From positions 9,028 to 73,027 of the forward strand of contig CAYWUX010000014.1 of the NCBI GenBank assembly GCA_964461525.1: 64,000 nucleotides of DNA, given 5' to 3'. This document shows, piece by piece, positions 40,427 to 51,080 of the stretch. The position numbers were made by a program, and so were the translations under genes. Origin of the DNA: an uncultured Hyphomicrobiaceae bacterium (GTDB taxonomy: Bacteria; Pseudomonadota; Alphaproteobacteria; Rhizobiales; CAYWUX01). Position 1 is the first letter of the stretch. Each line of letters opens with the position of its first letter. The notes under the pieces are model-generated. The model did no database searches. It was not told where the DNA came from and saw only the letters and a program-made list of their open reading frames with translations.

Positions 40427-41163
40427 TGTTTTACCCCGCCAGTGAAGCGATGAGGATGAATTTCATCAGATTTGGGTGCACCATTTGATCGCACAACTTG
40501 ATATCCCCGTCGGCCGAGATACCAGATAGGTGCACTCCAAACATGGACAAGCCGAGTAAACGGGAAGACAAGAAATATGGTCATTCCAAGGAACAGATGC
40601 GCCTTAAAAACTGGATGGGCCTCAGCAACAAGCTTCCAAGATTCGGATTTCAGGGTTAGAATGCCTTGTGCCCAATTCATGAACTTGACCATCTCGTTTC
40701 CATCAAGATGCCCCATAGATACAGGAATTGTTGCAAGTCCGAGTAGCAATTGAGCAAAGAGTAAAAGTAGAATGGCGATATCTCCAAATGACGATGTTGC
40801 ACGAATGCGAGAGTCAAATAGCCGCCTGTGGCTCAAAAGCGCAATGCCGACTAAACATACAAGTCCAGCAATGCCACCAATTAAAATTGCCATAATTTGC
40901 TTTGCACCGTGGCTTATGCCAATGGCATCAAAGAAGGCAATAGGTGTGAGCAGGCCAACCAAATGACCAAAAAAGATTACTAGTATACCGATGTGAAACA
41001 GGTTTGACCCCCAAATCATCTGACGTCGTCGGAGAAACTGACTTGAACCTGATTTCCAAGTGTACTGCTCACGATCAAACCTGATGAGACTGCCAAGAAT
41101 AAATACGGTCAGCGCTACATAAGGATACCAGCCGAATACAATGTGATTGATGGTGTCATGCAT
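40423..41163 (-). CDS. narI: Respiratory nitrate reductase gamma subunit
   Basis: 'RFDREQYTWKSGSSQ', 'FHIGIL...GH', 'HLFLGMTIF...FPFTRLVHVWS'. Confidence 0.97.
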   Translation of the reverse strand: MHDTINHIVFGWYPYVALTVFILGSLIRFDREQYTWKSGSSQFLRRRQMIWGSNLFHIGILVIFFGHLVGLLTPIAFFDAIGISHGAKQIMAILIGGIAGLVCLVGIALLSHRRLFDSRIRATSSFGDIAILLLLFAQLLLGLATIPVSMGHLDGNEMVKFMNWAQGILTLKSESWKLVAEAHPVFKAHLFLGMTIFLVFPFTRLVHVWSAPIWYLGRRGYQVVRSNGAPKSDEIHPHRFTGGVKQ

Positions 41164-41166
41164 AAC

Positions 41167-41913
41167 TTACAATCCTTTAGATGATGAATAGGTGATCTGA
41201 GTGCGCTGTCGTTGAGACAGCTGAACACCGTCAGCCGGGCGTGTAGCTGCACGAAGCTTCGATATAAGGTGATCCTTCCCACATTCGGCCGTATCTGGTC
41301 CGAATCGAACTTCTTCCTCTTCCCAGGCCGCATCCAATACTTCTAAATTATCGGGATCGGGATCTGGGTGGTCAAGAATAGCCTTCACCGCAGCTTCATT
41401 TGGCTTCCCCTTTGCCAAAAACACCAGTGAAGAAAATATTGTTACATAGGGAGACTTTCGCTTTTTCAGCCGAGTGCGAAGTGCTTCTATGATATGAAGC
41501 GGTTCATTGAGGAGCGAACGAGCTTTCTTTTCTTGTTGGGTTGAAAGAAATTCCAAAAACAGAGGTAAATAATCCGGTAGCTCGTTCGTAGCAGAATAAA
41601 GACCATTCATTTCGTAAAGGTTCTGTAATTCAACCATCGCCTGACCGCGATCACGACTCTCACCATGTACGTGTTCAAACAGATGCAATGACAACGATCG
41701 TGTTCGATCAAAAAGCAAAACGTATCGCTCCTGCAAATCCAAAAGTTCCCCGCTATCAAATTCTTGCAAAAATCGATCCAATTGTATCCGGTTTTTCTCA
41801 GATAAAATGTCTTCCTCATCCAAGGCAGCAATCAGATCAGAACTAGCGGCTTGTAGCTCGGCAGTAGGGTAGCTGAGAATTGCCGACAGAACCTTCAACG
41901 TTTTTCGCATCAT
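41167..41913 (-). CDS. narJ: Nitrate reductase molybdenum cofactor assembly chaperone
   Basis: 'YVLLFDRTRSLSLHLFEHVHGESRDRGQAMV', 'ELPDYLPLFLEF'. Confidence 0.97.
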   Translation of the reverse strand: MMRKTLKVLSAILSYPTAELQAASSDLIAALDEEDILSEKNRIQLDRFLQEFDSGELLDLQERYVLLFDRTRSLSLHLFEHVHGESRDRGQAMVELQNLYEMNGLYSATNELPDYLPLFLEFLSTQQEKKARSLLNEPLHIIEALRTRLKKRKSPYVTIFSSLVFLAKGKPNEAAVKAILDHPDPDPDNLEVLDAAWEEEEVRFGPDTAECGKDHLISKLRAATRPADGVQLSQRQRTQITYSSSKGL

Positions 41914-43430
41914 TCAATCTCCATTGGGGTCTTGATTTTTCCCGGAGTACCAAAGAGACCTGTTCCAGTTTGTCCTTCAGAGCATCCGTTCCCAAATGAA
42001 AAGCCGCAGGAACCGCGGAGGTCGTAAGCGTCTTCCCCAAGTTCACGATGTACTGTCGGAATTACGAATCTGTCTTCATAGTTTGCGATTGCCATTATAT
42101 GGTACATTTCTTCGATTTGCTCCGGAGTGAGCCCAACCGAACTTGGTGTCTTTTCATCCAGAACACCATCGACTGTTTTTGCACGCATGTAAGCACGCAT
42201 CGCCAACATGCGCTCCAGTCCTTTTGCGACGGGTCCTTCGTCGCCTGCTGTTAGTAGGTTTGCAAGATATTTAAGCGGAATGCGAAGAGAGCGTACGTCT
42301 GGCATTGCTCCATTCATCCCCATCTTTCCTGCTTCCGCTGCTGACTGAATCGGAGATAAAGGAGGAACGTACCAGACCATGGGAAGAGTGCGGTATTCGG
42401 GATGCAGCGGAAATGCAATTTTCCAGTCCATCGCCATTTTCCAAACCGGAGATTTGATCGCGGCTTCCAGCCAAGCGTTAGGAATGCCATCTCCCCGGGC
42501 TTTGGCTTGAACTTCCGGATCATTTGGATCAAGGAAAATTTCAAGCTGTGCGCCGTAGAGGTCCTTTTCTTCCTTAACGCTCGCTGCATCTTCGATCCTA
42601 TCGGCGTCATACAGTATTACGCCAAGGTAACGAATTCGTCCCACGCAGGTTTCGGAGCAGACCGTGGGCTGGCCGGCTTCAATTCGTGGATAACAGAAAA
42701 TGCATTTTTCAGATTTTCCACTTGACCAGTTATAATAGATCTTCTTGTAAGGGCAACCAGAGACGCACATACGCCAACCGCGGCATTTATCCTGATCGAT
42801 TAGAACGATGCCATCTTCCTCGCGTTTGTAAATAGCACCCGATGGACAAGCAGCAACACAGGCGGGGTTGAGACAATGCTCGCACAACCTCGGGAGATAC
42901 ATCATGAATGTGTTTTCAAACTCCCCGTAAATTTCTTTTTGGACGCCGTCGAAGTTGTAGTCTTTTGAACGTTTGGAAAACTCACCGCCGAGTATTTCCT
43001 CCCAATTGGGCCCCCATTCTATCTTTTCCATCCGTTCGCCGCTGATAAGGGAACGCGGTCGCGCGGTGGGCGTGGCTTCTAATTCCGGAGCAGTTTGCAG
43101 GTGATCGTAATCAAATGTGAACGGCTCATAGTAATCGTCAATTTCAGGCAAGTCGGGATTGGCGAATATATTGGCGAGAACACGCCATTTCCCTCCGATC
43201 TTTGGTTCGATCTTGCCGTTGGCCTTGCGTTTCCAGCCACCGTTCCAACGATCCTGGTTCTCCCAATCTTTGGGATAACCAATGCCTGGTTTCGTTTCAA
43301 CATTATTGAACCAGGCGTATTCCATCCCTTCACGATTAGTCCAGACATTTTTGCACGTTACGGAACAGGTGTGGCAGCCAATGCATTTATCAAGGTTCAG
43401 AACCATAGCAATTTGGGCACGTACCTTCAT
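41910..43430 (-). CDS. narH: Respiratory nitrate reductase beta subunit
   Basis: 'MKVRAQIAMVLNLDKCIGCHTCSVTCK' and further Fe-S Cys motifs; true start 43430 overlaps the narG stop (ATGA). Confidence 0.98.
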   Translation of the reverse strand: MKVRAQIAMVLNLDKCIGCHTCSVTCKNVWTNREGMEYAWFNNVETKPGIGYPKDWENQDRWNGGWKRKANGKIEPKIGGKWRVLANIFANPDLPEIDDYYEPFTFDYDHLQTAPELEATPTARPRSLISGERMEKIEWGPNWEEILGGEFSKRSKDYNFDGVQKEIYGEFENTFMMYLPRLCEHCLNPACVAACPSGAIYKREEDGIVLIDQDKCRGWRMCVSGCPYKKIYYNWSSGKSEKCIFCYPRIEAGQPTVCSETCVGRIRYLGVILYDADRIEDAASVKEEKDLYGAQLEIFLDPNDPEVQAKARGDGIPNAWLEAAIKSPVWKMAMDWKIAFPLHPEYRTLPMVWYVPPLSPIQSAAEAGKMGMNGAMPDVRSLRIPLKYLANLLTAGDEGPVAKGLERMLAMRAYMRAKTVDGVLDEKTPSSVGLTPEQIEEMYHIMAIANYEDRFVIPTVHRELGEDAYDLRGSCGFSFGNGCSEGQTGTGLFGTPGKIKTPMEIE

Positions 43431-46400
43431 TCTGCGGCCTCCTTGTGCGTGGTGGTTGACATTGCAGTAGATGTGTCTTCGCGATCGAGCCAATCGACTT
43501 CTGACATCTTGCGCACGATAACAAATTCATCTCGATTGGTACCAATAGTTCCGTAGTAATTGAAACCGTAAGACTGTTGAGCATAACCTCCAATCATATG
43601 GGTTGGTTTGATGACTGCTCGTGTTACTGAGTTATGAATGCCACCACGGTTTCCTGTAATTTGAGAGCCTGGGACATTTACAATCTTCTCCTGCGCATGG
43701 TACATGAAAATTGTACCTTCCTTGATGCGCTGAGATACAACCGCTCGTGCAACCAGTGCACCATTTGTGTTGTATGCTTCGACCCAATCGTTATCGGCAA
43801 TACCGACTTTGTTAGCGTCACTTTCACTGATCCAGACGATCGGACCGCCGCGAGATAGTGTTAGCATAATTAGATTGTCGGTATAGGTGGAATGGATCCC
43901 CCACTTCTGATGGGGAGTAATGAAGTTTAAAACGACTTGTTTTTCACCGTTTGGTTTGGTGTCTATGACTGGTTTCACACTGTGCGTGTCGATCGGTGGG
44001 CGATAAGTGCACAAAGCTTCGCCAAAGGCTCGCATCCAGAGATGATCCTGATACAGCTGTTGACGACCACTGAGCGTGCGCCATGGGATTAGTTCATGTA
44101 CATTTGTGTACCCGGCGTTGTAACAGACCTTTTCTGACTCCAAGCCAGACCAGATAGGAGAGGAAATTATTTTGCGCGGCTGCGCGACGACATCACGAAA
44201 TCGGATTTTCTCATCTTCTTTCGAAGCCGCCAAATGCGTGTGCTCCCTACCGGTTGTCTTACCCAGGGCCTCCCAGGCTTTTACAGCCACTTCCCCGTTT
44301 GTCTCTGGCGCCAGCGACAAGATAACTTCACAGGCATCAATCGCGGATTCAATTTTGGCAAACCCCTTTGTCGGACCATTTTCTAAAACCGCACCGTTGA
44401 GTTTTTCCAAAAAGTCAACCTCATCTTCAGTGTTCCATGCAATTCCTTTAGTGCCGTTACCGAGTTGTTTCATAAGCGGTCCAAGAGACGTGAATCGCTT
44501 ATAAAGATTGGGATAATCGCGTTCTACGACCGTAACAGATGGCATCGTTTTGCTAGGAACAGGTTCGCATTCTCCCTTTTTCCAGTCCTTTACGTCCAGT
44601 GCCTGCGCAATTTCCATAGGAGTGTCGTGCATAATTGGTGTCAATACTACGTCATGCTCAATTCCAAGAACTTCGGGCGCGACTTCGGAGAACTTTTTGG
44701 CTATCGATTTGTAGATCTCCCAGTCAGACCTTGCTTCCCAAGACGGATCAACGGCTCCCGTCAAAGGGTGGATGAAGGGATGCATATCAGAGGTATTCAG
44801 GTCGTCTTTTTCGTACCAGGTGGCTGTTGGAAGCACGATATCCGACAGCACACATGTGGTCGACATGCGGAAATCCAATGTGACGAGAAGATCAAGTTTT
44901 CCTTGTGGTGCATCATCGTGCCAAACGACATCGACAGGTTTTTCAACTCCTGCTTCCCCGAGATCCTTACCCATGACGCCATGACTAGTGCCAAGCAGGT
45001 GTTTCAGGAAATACTCGTGCCCTTTGCCTGAGGAGCCGAGAAGATTAGAGCGCCATACAAACATATTACGTGGCCAGTTTTTGGGATTGTCGGGATCGTG
45101 ACAAGACATTCTAAGATCACCTGATTTAAGCCCGTCGACCACGAAATCACTTGCGTCCATTCCAGATTTTGAGACCTTTTCGCCGAGTTCAAGCGGATTG
45201 GTCTCAAGTTGAGGTGAGGAAGGTAACCAACCCATACGCTCTGCGCGAACGTTGAAGTCGATAAGAGCGCCATCCCATGGCCCATTAGGTGCGGTGGGCG
45301 AAAGTATCTCTTTCACATTCAGTGTCTCGTAACGCCACTGATCGGAGTGGGCATAAAATGCAGACGTGGAGTTTTGTTGGCGTGGCGGACGATTCCAGTC
45401 CAATGCGAAAGCCAGCGGTAGCCAGCCCGACTGCGGCCGGAGCTTTTCTTGACCGACATAGTGCGACCAACCACCACCCGATTGCCCCACGCAACCGCAC
45501 ATTACGAGCATATTAATCACACTGCGATAATTCATATCAGCATGGAACCAATGATTCATTGCCGCACCGATAATAATCATCGACCGGCCATTCGTTTTTT
45601 CGGCGTTTGATGCAAACTCCCGCGCAACGTGAATAATTTGATCACGTGGGACACCCGTGATTTTTTCAGCCCAAGCTGGCGTGCACGGTTCCATATCATC
45701 GTAGCTGGTGGCGACATGTTTGCCGCCGAATCCTCGATCGATACCATAATTTGCTACGAAAAGATCATAGACCGAGGCAACGTAAGTCTCACCCCCAACC
45801 AGCTGTAGCTTCTTGACCGGAACCTTTCGTACGAGAATGTTTGGATGGTCAGTTCCAGTAAAGTGATCGTGGTCACGATTCCCAAAATACGGGAAACCAA
45901 CTTCTGCATATTCGTCTTTAATGTCTGCAAGCGACATTCGGAGATTCGTTTCATGTCCAGCGGATTCTTTCTCCTCTAGATTCCATTTTCCTTGTTCGCC
46001 CCAGCGAAATCCAACTGACCCGTTTGGAACAACAATTTTGTTATCGTGGGATTTGTCAAAAGCGACTGTTTTCCACTCTGGGTTGTTGGTTTCTCCAAGA
46101 GCTTCATCAAAATCTGAGCAGCGCAATTGGCGTTCTGGAACAAAATGGCTTCCATTTTTTACCAATCGAACAAGCAGTGGCATGTCAGTGTATTTGCGGA
46201 GGTAGTCCTCAAAATACAGAACTTTGCGATCGGTGTGGTACTCCCGCAAAATAACGTGCCCCATGGCCATCGCTAGTGCGGAGTCCGTACCTTGTTTCAC
46301 AGCTAACCAAATGTCGGCAAACTTAGATGCTTCTGAATAATCCGGGCATATCACAGCACTTTTAGCGCCGCGATAGCGCGCTTCTGTGTAAAAGTGGGCA

Positions 46401-47188
46401 TCTGGTGTACGGGTTTGGGGGACGTTTGATCCCCAAATTATTAAGAAACCCGCATTGTACCAATCAGCTGATTCCGGAACATCGGTCTGTTCGCCCCAGG
46501 TCTGCGGCGATGCCGGAGGAAGATCACAATACCAGTCGTAAAATGACATGCACACGCCACCCAGAAGCGAAAGATATCGCGATCCTGCGGCGTAAGACAC
46601 CATGGACATCGCTGGGATCGGGGAGAAGCCGAAAATCCGGTCTGGCCCATAAGTTTTGATTGTGTAGGCATTTGCTGCGGCGATGAGTTCGGTTACCTCA
46701 TTCCAATCAGTTCGAACAAAGCCACCTTGCCCGCGCTTCTTGACATAGGCTGCCCGCTTTCCCGGATCCTCGACAATTGATGCCCAAGCCGCAACAGGCG
46801 ACATGGTCGCTCTGGCATCGCGCCAAAGCTTAATAAGCCGTTTCCGTACGAGTGGATACTTTACCCGGCTATTCGAGTAGAGATACCAGCTGAAACTTGC
46901 GCCACGTGAACATCCCCGCGGTTCGTGGTTCGGCAAGTCGGGTCGAGTACGCGGATAATCTGTTTGCTGTGTCTCCCATGTGACAATACCGCCTTTGACG
47001 TAGATTTTCCACGAACATGCTCCAGTACAATTCACTCCATGAGTAGAGCGAACGACTTTGTCGTGTTGCCAGCGTTTTCGATAACCATCTTCCCAACTGC
47101 GGTTCTCGTTAGTGGTGATGCCGTACCCATCCGAAAAAGGTTCCGGCTTGCGCTGGAAGAATGTGAGACGATCAAGTAAATGACTCAT
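43427..47188 (-). CDS. narG: Respiratory nitrate reductase alpha subunit
   Basis: 'MSHLLDRLTFF', 'RSTHGVNCTGACSW', 'SFYDWYCDLPPASPQ', 'TPHQKWGIHSTY'; ATG 47188. Confidence 0.98.
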   Translation of the reverse strand: MSHLLDRLTFFQRKPEPFSDGYGITTNENRSWEDGYRKRWQHDKVVRSTHGVNCTGACSWKIYVKGGIVTWETQQTDYPRTRPDLPNHEPRGCSRGASFSWYLYSNSRVKYPLVRKRLIKLWRDARATMSPVAAWASIVEDPGKRAAYVKKRGQGGFVRTDWNEVTELIAAANAYTIKTYGPDRIFGFSPIPAMSMVSYAAGSRYLSLLGGVCMSFYDWYCDLPPASPQTWGEQTDVPESADWYNAGFLIIWGSNVPQTRTPDAHFYTEARYRGAKSAVICPDYSEASKFADIWLAVKQGTDSALAMAMGHVILREYHTDRKVLYFEDYLRKYTDMPLLVRLVKNGSHFVPERQLRCSDFDEALGETNNPEWKTVAFDKSHDNKIVVPNGSVGFRWGEQGKWNLEEKESAGHETNLRMSLADIKDEYAEVGFPYFGNRDHDHFTGTDHPNILVRKVPVKKLQLVGGETYVASVYDLFVANYGIDRGFGGKHVATSYDDMEPCTPAWAEKITGVPRDQIIHVAREFASNAEKTNGRSMIIIGAAMNHWFHADMNYRSVINMLVMCGCVGQSGGGWSHYVGQEKLRPQSGWLPLAFALDWNRPPRQQNSTSAFYAHSDQWRYETLNVKEILSPTAPNGPWDGALIDFNVRAERMGWLPSSPQLETNPLELGEKVSKSGMDASDFVVDGLKSGDLRMSCHDPDNPKNWPRNMFVWRSNLLGSSGKGHEYFLKHLLGTSHGVMGKDLGEAGVEKPVDVVWHDDAPQGKLDLLVTLDFRMSTTCVLSDIVLPTATWYEKDDLNTSDMHPFIHPLTGAVDPSWEARSDWEIYKSIAKKFSEVAPEVLGIEHDVVLTPIMHDTPMEIAQALDVKDWKKGECEPVPSKTMPSVTVVERDYPNLYKRFTSLGPLMKQLGNGTKGIAWNTEDEVDFLEKLNGAVLENGPTKGFAKIESAIDACEVILSLAPETNGEVAVKAWEALGKTTGREHTHLAASKEDEKIRFRDVVAQPRKIISSPIWSGLESEKVCYNAGYTNVHELIPWRTLSGRQQLYQDHLWMRAFGEALCTYRPPIDTHSVKPVIDTKPNGEKQVVLNFITPHQKWGIHSTYTDNLIMLTLSRGGPIVWISESDANKVGIADNDWVEAYNTNGALVARAVVSQRIKEGTIFMYHAQEKIVNVPGSQITGNRGGIHNSVTRAVIKPTHMIGGYAQQSYGFNYYGTIGTNRDEFVIVRKMSEVDWLDREDTSTAMSTTTHKEAAE

Positions 47189-47194
47189 AGTCAA

Positions 47195-47222
47195 CTATTC
47201 CTTATTCTCTATTCCTTATTCT
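47195..47222. repeat. 14-bp tandem duplication (CTATTCCTTATTCT x2) covering the narK stop and narG RBS
   Basis: Read directly. Confidence 0.9.
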
Positions 47223-49954
47223 GCAAATTGTGTCTCTTGAGACTGCTGGGAAGTTCTACGCTCTATGTCGTAGAGTAGACCGGCAGGCCGGGTGTAAAAC
47301 CACCACGTTACGACGGCGCATGTTAGGTAAAAAATTAGAAACGACCAAAGAGCTAAAGACGGCCCTCCAGTCATGACAATCGATGTGCCGTAACTCTTTG
47401 GAATAAAGAATGCTCCATAGGCAGCAATTGCAGAGGTAAAGCCGATTATCGCAGCCGCTTCCTTATCTGCCTGACGGACTCGATCTTCAGGTGTCATATC
47501 AGGTAACAAGCGAGCGACTTCAATACGCATGATTGTCGGTATCATTTGGAATGTTGAGGCATTACCCACACCTGTTGCAAAGAATAAGATCATGAACATT
47601 GCGAAAAATCCCCAAAATGCTCCGGGCTGTTCTTTGGTTGCCAGGAAATAGAGCACGCCACCCACAGTCGCGATCATTAAAAGGAACGTCCAAAATGTGA
47701 CACGCCCACCGCCATACTTGTCGGAGATCCAACCGGTTGCTGCTCGCGACAGCGCGCCGATTAGAGGACCTAAAAATACATACTGGAGCGAGTTTACTTC
47801 GGGGAACTGCGTCTTTGCCAGCAGAGGGAAGCCCGCCGAATAGCCGATAAAGGAACCAAAGGTTCCGGTATATAGCCAGCACATAATCCAGTTATGCTTG
47901 CGCTGGAATATGACGGACTGCTCGCTGAAAGATGCCCGTGCTGAGGCGATGTCATTCATTCCGAACCAAGCTGCGATTGTGGAAATCATCAAGAATGGAA
48001 TCCAGATGAAACCGGCATTTTGCAGCCAGAGCTTGGTTGACCCATTTACGACCTGAGGCTCGCCACCGATAACACCAAAAACGCTGGTGGTGATTACTAT
48101 CGGCACTATGAATTGCATCACGCTGACTCCTGCATTGCCCAGTCCCGCATTCAAAGCGAGGGCATTTCCTTTCTCAGCTTTTGGAAAAAAGAAACTGATG
48201 TTCGCCATTGATGAGGCAAAATTGCCGCCGCCAAGGCCGCAAAGCAGAGCCAACACTAGGAATATGAGGTACGGTGTTTCAGGGTCTTGCACTGCATAAC
48301 CGATACCAAATGCCGGGATCATAAGGGACGCTGTTGTTAAGGTCGTCCAGAGGCGTCCGCCAAAAATGGGGACCATAAATGAGTAGAAGATTCGTAAAGT
48401 GGCTCCTGACAATCCTGGAAGTGCCGCCAACCAGAACAGTTGATCGGTCGTATAATTAAAACCGATTGACGGCAATTTGGCAACCACAACACTCCAGACC
48501 AACCACACCGCAAACGCCAGGAGAAGTGCCGGAATCGATATCCACATATTTCGCATTGCAATGGCGCGTCCTTCGGTTTCCCAGAATTCCCTATCGTCAG
48601 GACGCCAGTCTTCTATCACGCCAGCAAGAGCACCTTCGTGCTCAGGCCCGTGAATTTCTGCCATTTCCGGGAGTTCCGGAAGCATCTCAATACTTGTCGT
48701 TTTTGCACTACGTTCCATCGCCAGAATCGAGAAATGCATCCAGACAAATGCTAATACGATAATGCCAAACAAGACCATGAAGCAGCTGGTCCAAACTCCG
48801 GTTAAATCTAGCATTGCGCCAAATAATATAGGTAGAACGAACCCTCCCAAACCACCAACTAGACCGACTATCCCTCCGACGGATCCGACGTGATCAGGAT
48901 AATATACCGGGATGTGTTTATAAACGGCTGCTTTGCCAAGGCTCATGAAGAAACCGAGTACAAAGACCAAAACTACAAATGGAACCAGCCCCATGCTTGT
49001 AGTGAACATGATAGGGCCACGGATGCCATGGATTACATAGTCAGTGTTTGGATATGACAGCATGAATGTGCAAACTGCTGAAACGCCAAAGGTCCAATAC
49101 ATGACCTTGCGAGCACCCATCCTATCTGATAGGTGACCACCATAGGCCCTGAAAACACTTGCGGGCACGGAATAGAATGCCGCTAAGATGCCGGCAGTTT
49201 TAATATCCAATTCGTAAACGCCAACGAGATAGCGTGGTAGCCACAGCGCAAGCGCGACGAATGCACCGAATACAAAGAAATAGTATATAGAGAAGCGCCA
49301 GACCTGGAGTTTCTTGAGTGGACCAAGTTCCATCCAGGTGCTGCGCAGAGATTCTCCCGTCCGTCGTCGGTCTTGAATTACGGGGTCATCTTCGGTTGTG
49401 AACCAGAATATAACGGCCATAATCAATAGAGCTACTGCCCAGATCTGGGCGACTGTCGTCCATCCATAAGCTACCATCACAAACGGCGCTAGAAACTTTG
49501 TAACTGCCGCACCGACATTACCCGCACCAAAAATTCCGAGAGCCGTCCCTTGCTTTTCGATGGGATACCATCTTGAGACGTACGCAATACCGACGGCAAA
49601 GGAGCCACCTGCAAGGCCAACACCTAGCGCAGCAATGAGCATCATTTGATATGTCGTCGCATAAGAAAGGAGAAAGGTTGCGATTGCCGCGAATACCATG
49701 GTTGCAGTATACACGACTCGGCCGCCATATTGGTCTGTCCAGATTCCAAGGAAGATTCGGCTCAAAGAACCTGTCAGTATAGGAGTTGCTATTAACAATC
49801 CGAATTGGGTATCGTTCAAACCCAATTCCTGTTTGATTCGAACACCTATGATGGAAAAGATAGTCCAAACAGCGAAACAGATTGTAAAGGCAATTGTGGA
49901 AAGCCAAAGGGCTCTGTTTTGATCGGAAGAAGTGACGCCTTTGATTTTGTCCAT
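47216..49954 (-). CDS. narK: Fused NarK1-NarK2 nitrate/nitrite transporter (two MFS domains)
   Basis: 912 aa, two MFS units with nitrate signatures 'GLAGGSFAVG' and 'GLGGGNFASSM', joined by the 'EDWRPDD..FWE' linker. Confidence 0.95.
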   Translation of the reverse strand: MDKIKGVTSSDQNRALWLSTIAFTICFAVWTIFSIIGVRIKQELGLNDTQFGLLIATPILTGSLSRIFLGIWTDQYGGRVVYTATMVFAAIATFLLSYATTYQMMLIAALGVGLAGGSFAVGIAYVSRWYPIEKQGTALGIFGAGNVGAAVTKFLAPFVMVAYGWTTVAQIWAVALLIMAVIFWFTTEDDPVIQDRRRTGESLRSTWMELGPLKKLQVWRFSIYYFFVFGAFVALALWLPRYLVGVYELDIKTAGILAAFYSVPASVFRAYGGHLSDRMGARKVMYWTFGVSAVCTFMLSYPNTDYVIHGIRGPIMFTTSMGLVPFVVLVFVLGFFMSLGKAAVYKHIPVYYPDHVGSVGGIVGLVGGLGGFVLPILFGAMLDLTGVWTSCFMVLFGIIVLAFVWMHFSILAMERSAKTTSIEMLPELPEMAEIHGPEHEGALAGVIEDWRPDDREFWETEGRAIAMRNMWISIPALLLAFAVWLVWSVVVAKLPSIGFNYTTDQLFWLAALPGLSGATLRIFYSFMVPIFGGRLWTTLTTASLMIPAFGIGYAVQDPETPYLIFLVLALLCGLGGGNFASSMANISFFFPKAEKGNALALNAGLGNAGVSVMQFIVPIVITTSVFGVIGGEPQVVNGSTKLWLQNAGFIWIPFLMISTIAAWFGMNDIASARASFSEQSVIFQRKHNWIMCWLYTGTFGSFIGYSAGFPLLAKTQFPEVNSLQYVFLGPLIGALSRAATGWISDKYGGGRVTFWTFLLMIATVGGVLYFLATKEQPGAFWGFFAMFMILFFATGVGNASTFQMIPTIMRIEVARLLPDMTPEDRVRQADKEAAAIIGFTSAIAAYGAFFIPKSYGTSIVMTGGPSLALWSFLIFYLTCAVVTWWFYTRPAGLLYDIERRTSQQSQETQFAE

Positions 49955-50013
49955 TTCGCTCTCCTTTGCTATGGATCACAAAGTTAAGCTAGATTTCCGG
50001 ATGCATGTTGTTA

Positions 50014-50027
50014 TTGATTTGAATCAA
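50014..50027. promoter_or_regulatory. FNR/FixK box TTGAT-TTGA-ATCAA
   Basis: Perfect consensus, 60 bp upstream of the narK start. Confidence 0.9.
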
Positions 50028-50213
50028 TTATATCAATTTTCTACGTTAACTAATCTCACGAATAGATACACCTGATTAAACAATACATGAAACCACACTA
50101 GAAATTCAGTTCATACAAATTAGGCGATGAATTCTATTTTCATTCGACTTAAACAGAGGTAGGCATGGTTATGGATGGCCTTTGATGCGTACCTGTAGTG
50201 CTGACAGAGTCAG

Positions 50214-50366
50214 TTAATTACTATCTTTAAAAGGCTCGAATTCAGTTAACTCTGTCGTTGAATAGGAGCCCGCCATTTCATCGATTGTAACAAGTCGGCC
50301 ACCACTTGCCTCAGCATACATGAGAACCTTGAGGGCATAGTCCGAAAACTTCGTCAGTTGCATCAT
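50214..50366 (-). pseudogene. nsrR: Truncated Rrf2/NsrR-type regulator (50 aa)
   Basis: 'MMQLTKFSDYALKVLMYAEASGGRLVTIDEMAGSY' then loss of similarity and a stop; not in the ORF track. Confidence 0.75.
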
Positions 50367-50475
50367 TCGTCCTGCGACATCACTATAATAAATCCGTTCT
50401 TGACTATTTTTTCTGGCAAACTGGGCTTAATTAAATACCAGACCTAACCATAGCGATTACATCCCGCTTGCTGCA

Positions 50476-50489
50476 TTGATGTAGGTCAA
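50476..50489. promoter_or_regulatory. Second FNR/FixK-type box TTGAT-GTAG-GTCAA
   Basis: One mismatch to TTGAT-N4-ATCAA; lies inside CCGCTTG...CAAGCGG; 110 bp upstream of the nsrR remnant. Confidence 0.7.
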
Positions 50490-50585
50490 GCGGATGATTA
50501 AGGCTGTTCTTATTAATTATATCGCCATTCAGGAAGCCCAGAATGGCAAGGCCGCCGACTGGATGGAGCACGTCAGCGACGAGCA

Positions 50586-51005
50586 ATAAGTTATACGGCG
50601 GTGGTCGTCGAGGCAGCGGTCAGCGCTGACGGCCAATTGACGATCCCCCGCGTGGATATTGCGTTCGACTGGGGTGCTGTCGTCAATCCGGACCGCGTCC
50701 GGGCGCAGCTGGAAGGCGCCGTTGTGCAAGGTGTGAGTCTCACCACGCTGGGCGAAATCAGCTTCAAGGCCGGACGGGTCGAGCAGTCGAACTTTCACGA
50801 TTACGAGTTGACCCGCATTGATGCTGCACCGACGGAAATCCGAACGCATCTGGTCAGCCCGCTCAAATATGATGGCCCTCTCGGTGTTGTTGGCGAGCCG
50901 GGTCTGCCGCCGGTGGCGCCGGCTCTCACCAACGCCATTTATGCGGCAAGCGGCAAACGCATCCGCAGACTGCCTATCCGGGGCCAACTCGCGCAACGAA
51001 CCTAA
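50586..51005 (+). pseudogene. iorB: C-terminal fragment of an isoquinoline oxidoreductase beta / xanthine dehydrogenase Mo subunit
   Basis: 'SYTAVVVE...VNPDRVRAQLEG...QSNFHDY...GEPGLPPVAPALTNAIYAASGKRIRRLP'; no upstream domains; GC-rich patch. Confidence 0.85.
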
Positions 51006-51080
51006 ATTAGACCATGAACCCGTTGATCGCCTTGCAAATAACTGAGAGGTTGAATAATAATGTAGAAGCCGGGAGCTCCC

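Noticed and set aside
43431-43493. Longer narH start in the ORF track (also longer starts for the SDR, nitronate monooxygenase and pilin)
   Set aside because: Conserved N-termini and RBS positions favour the downstream starts reported
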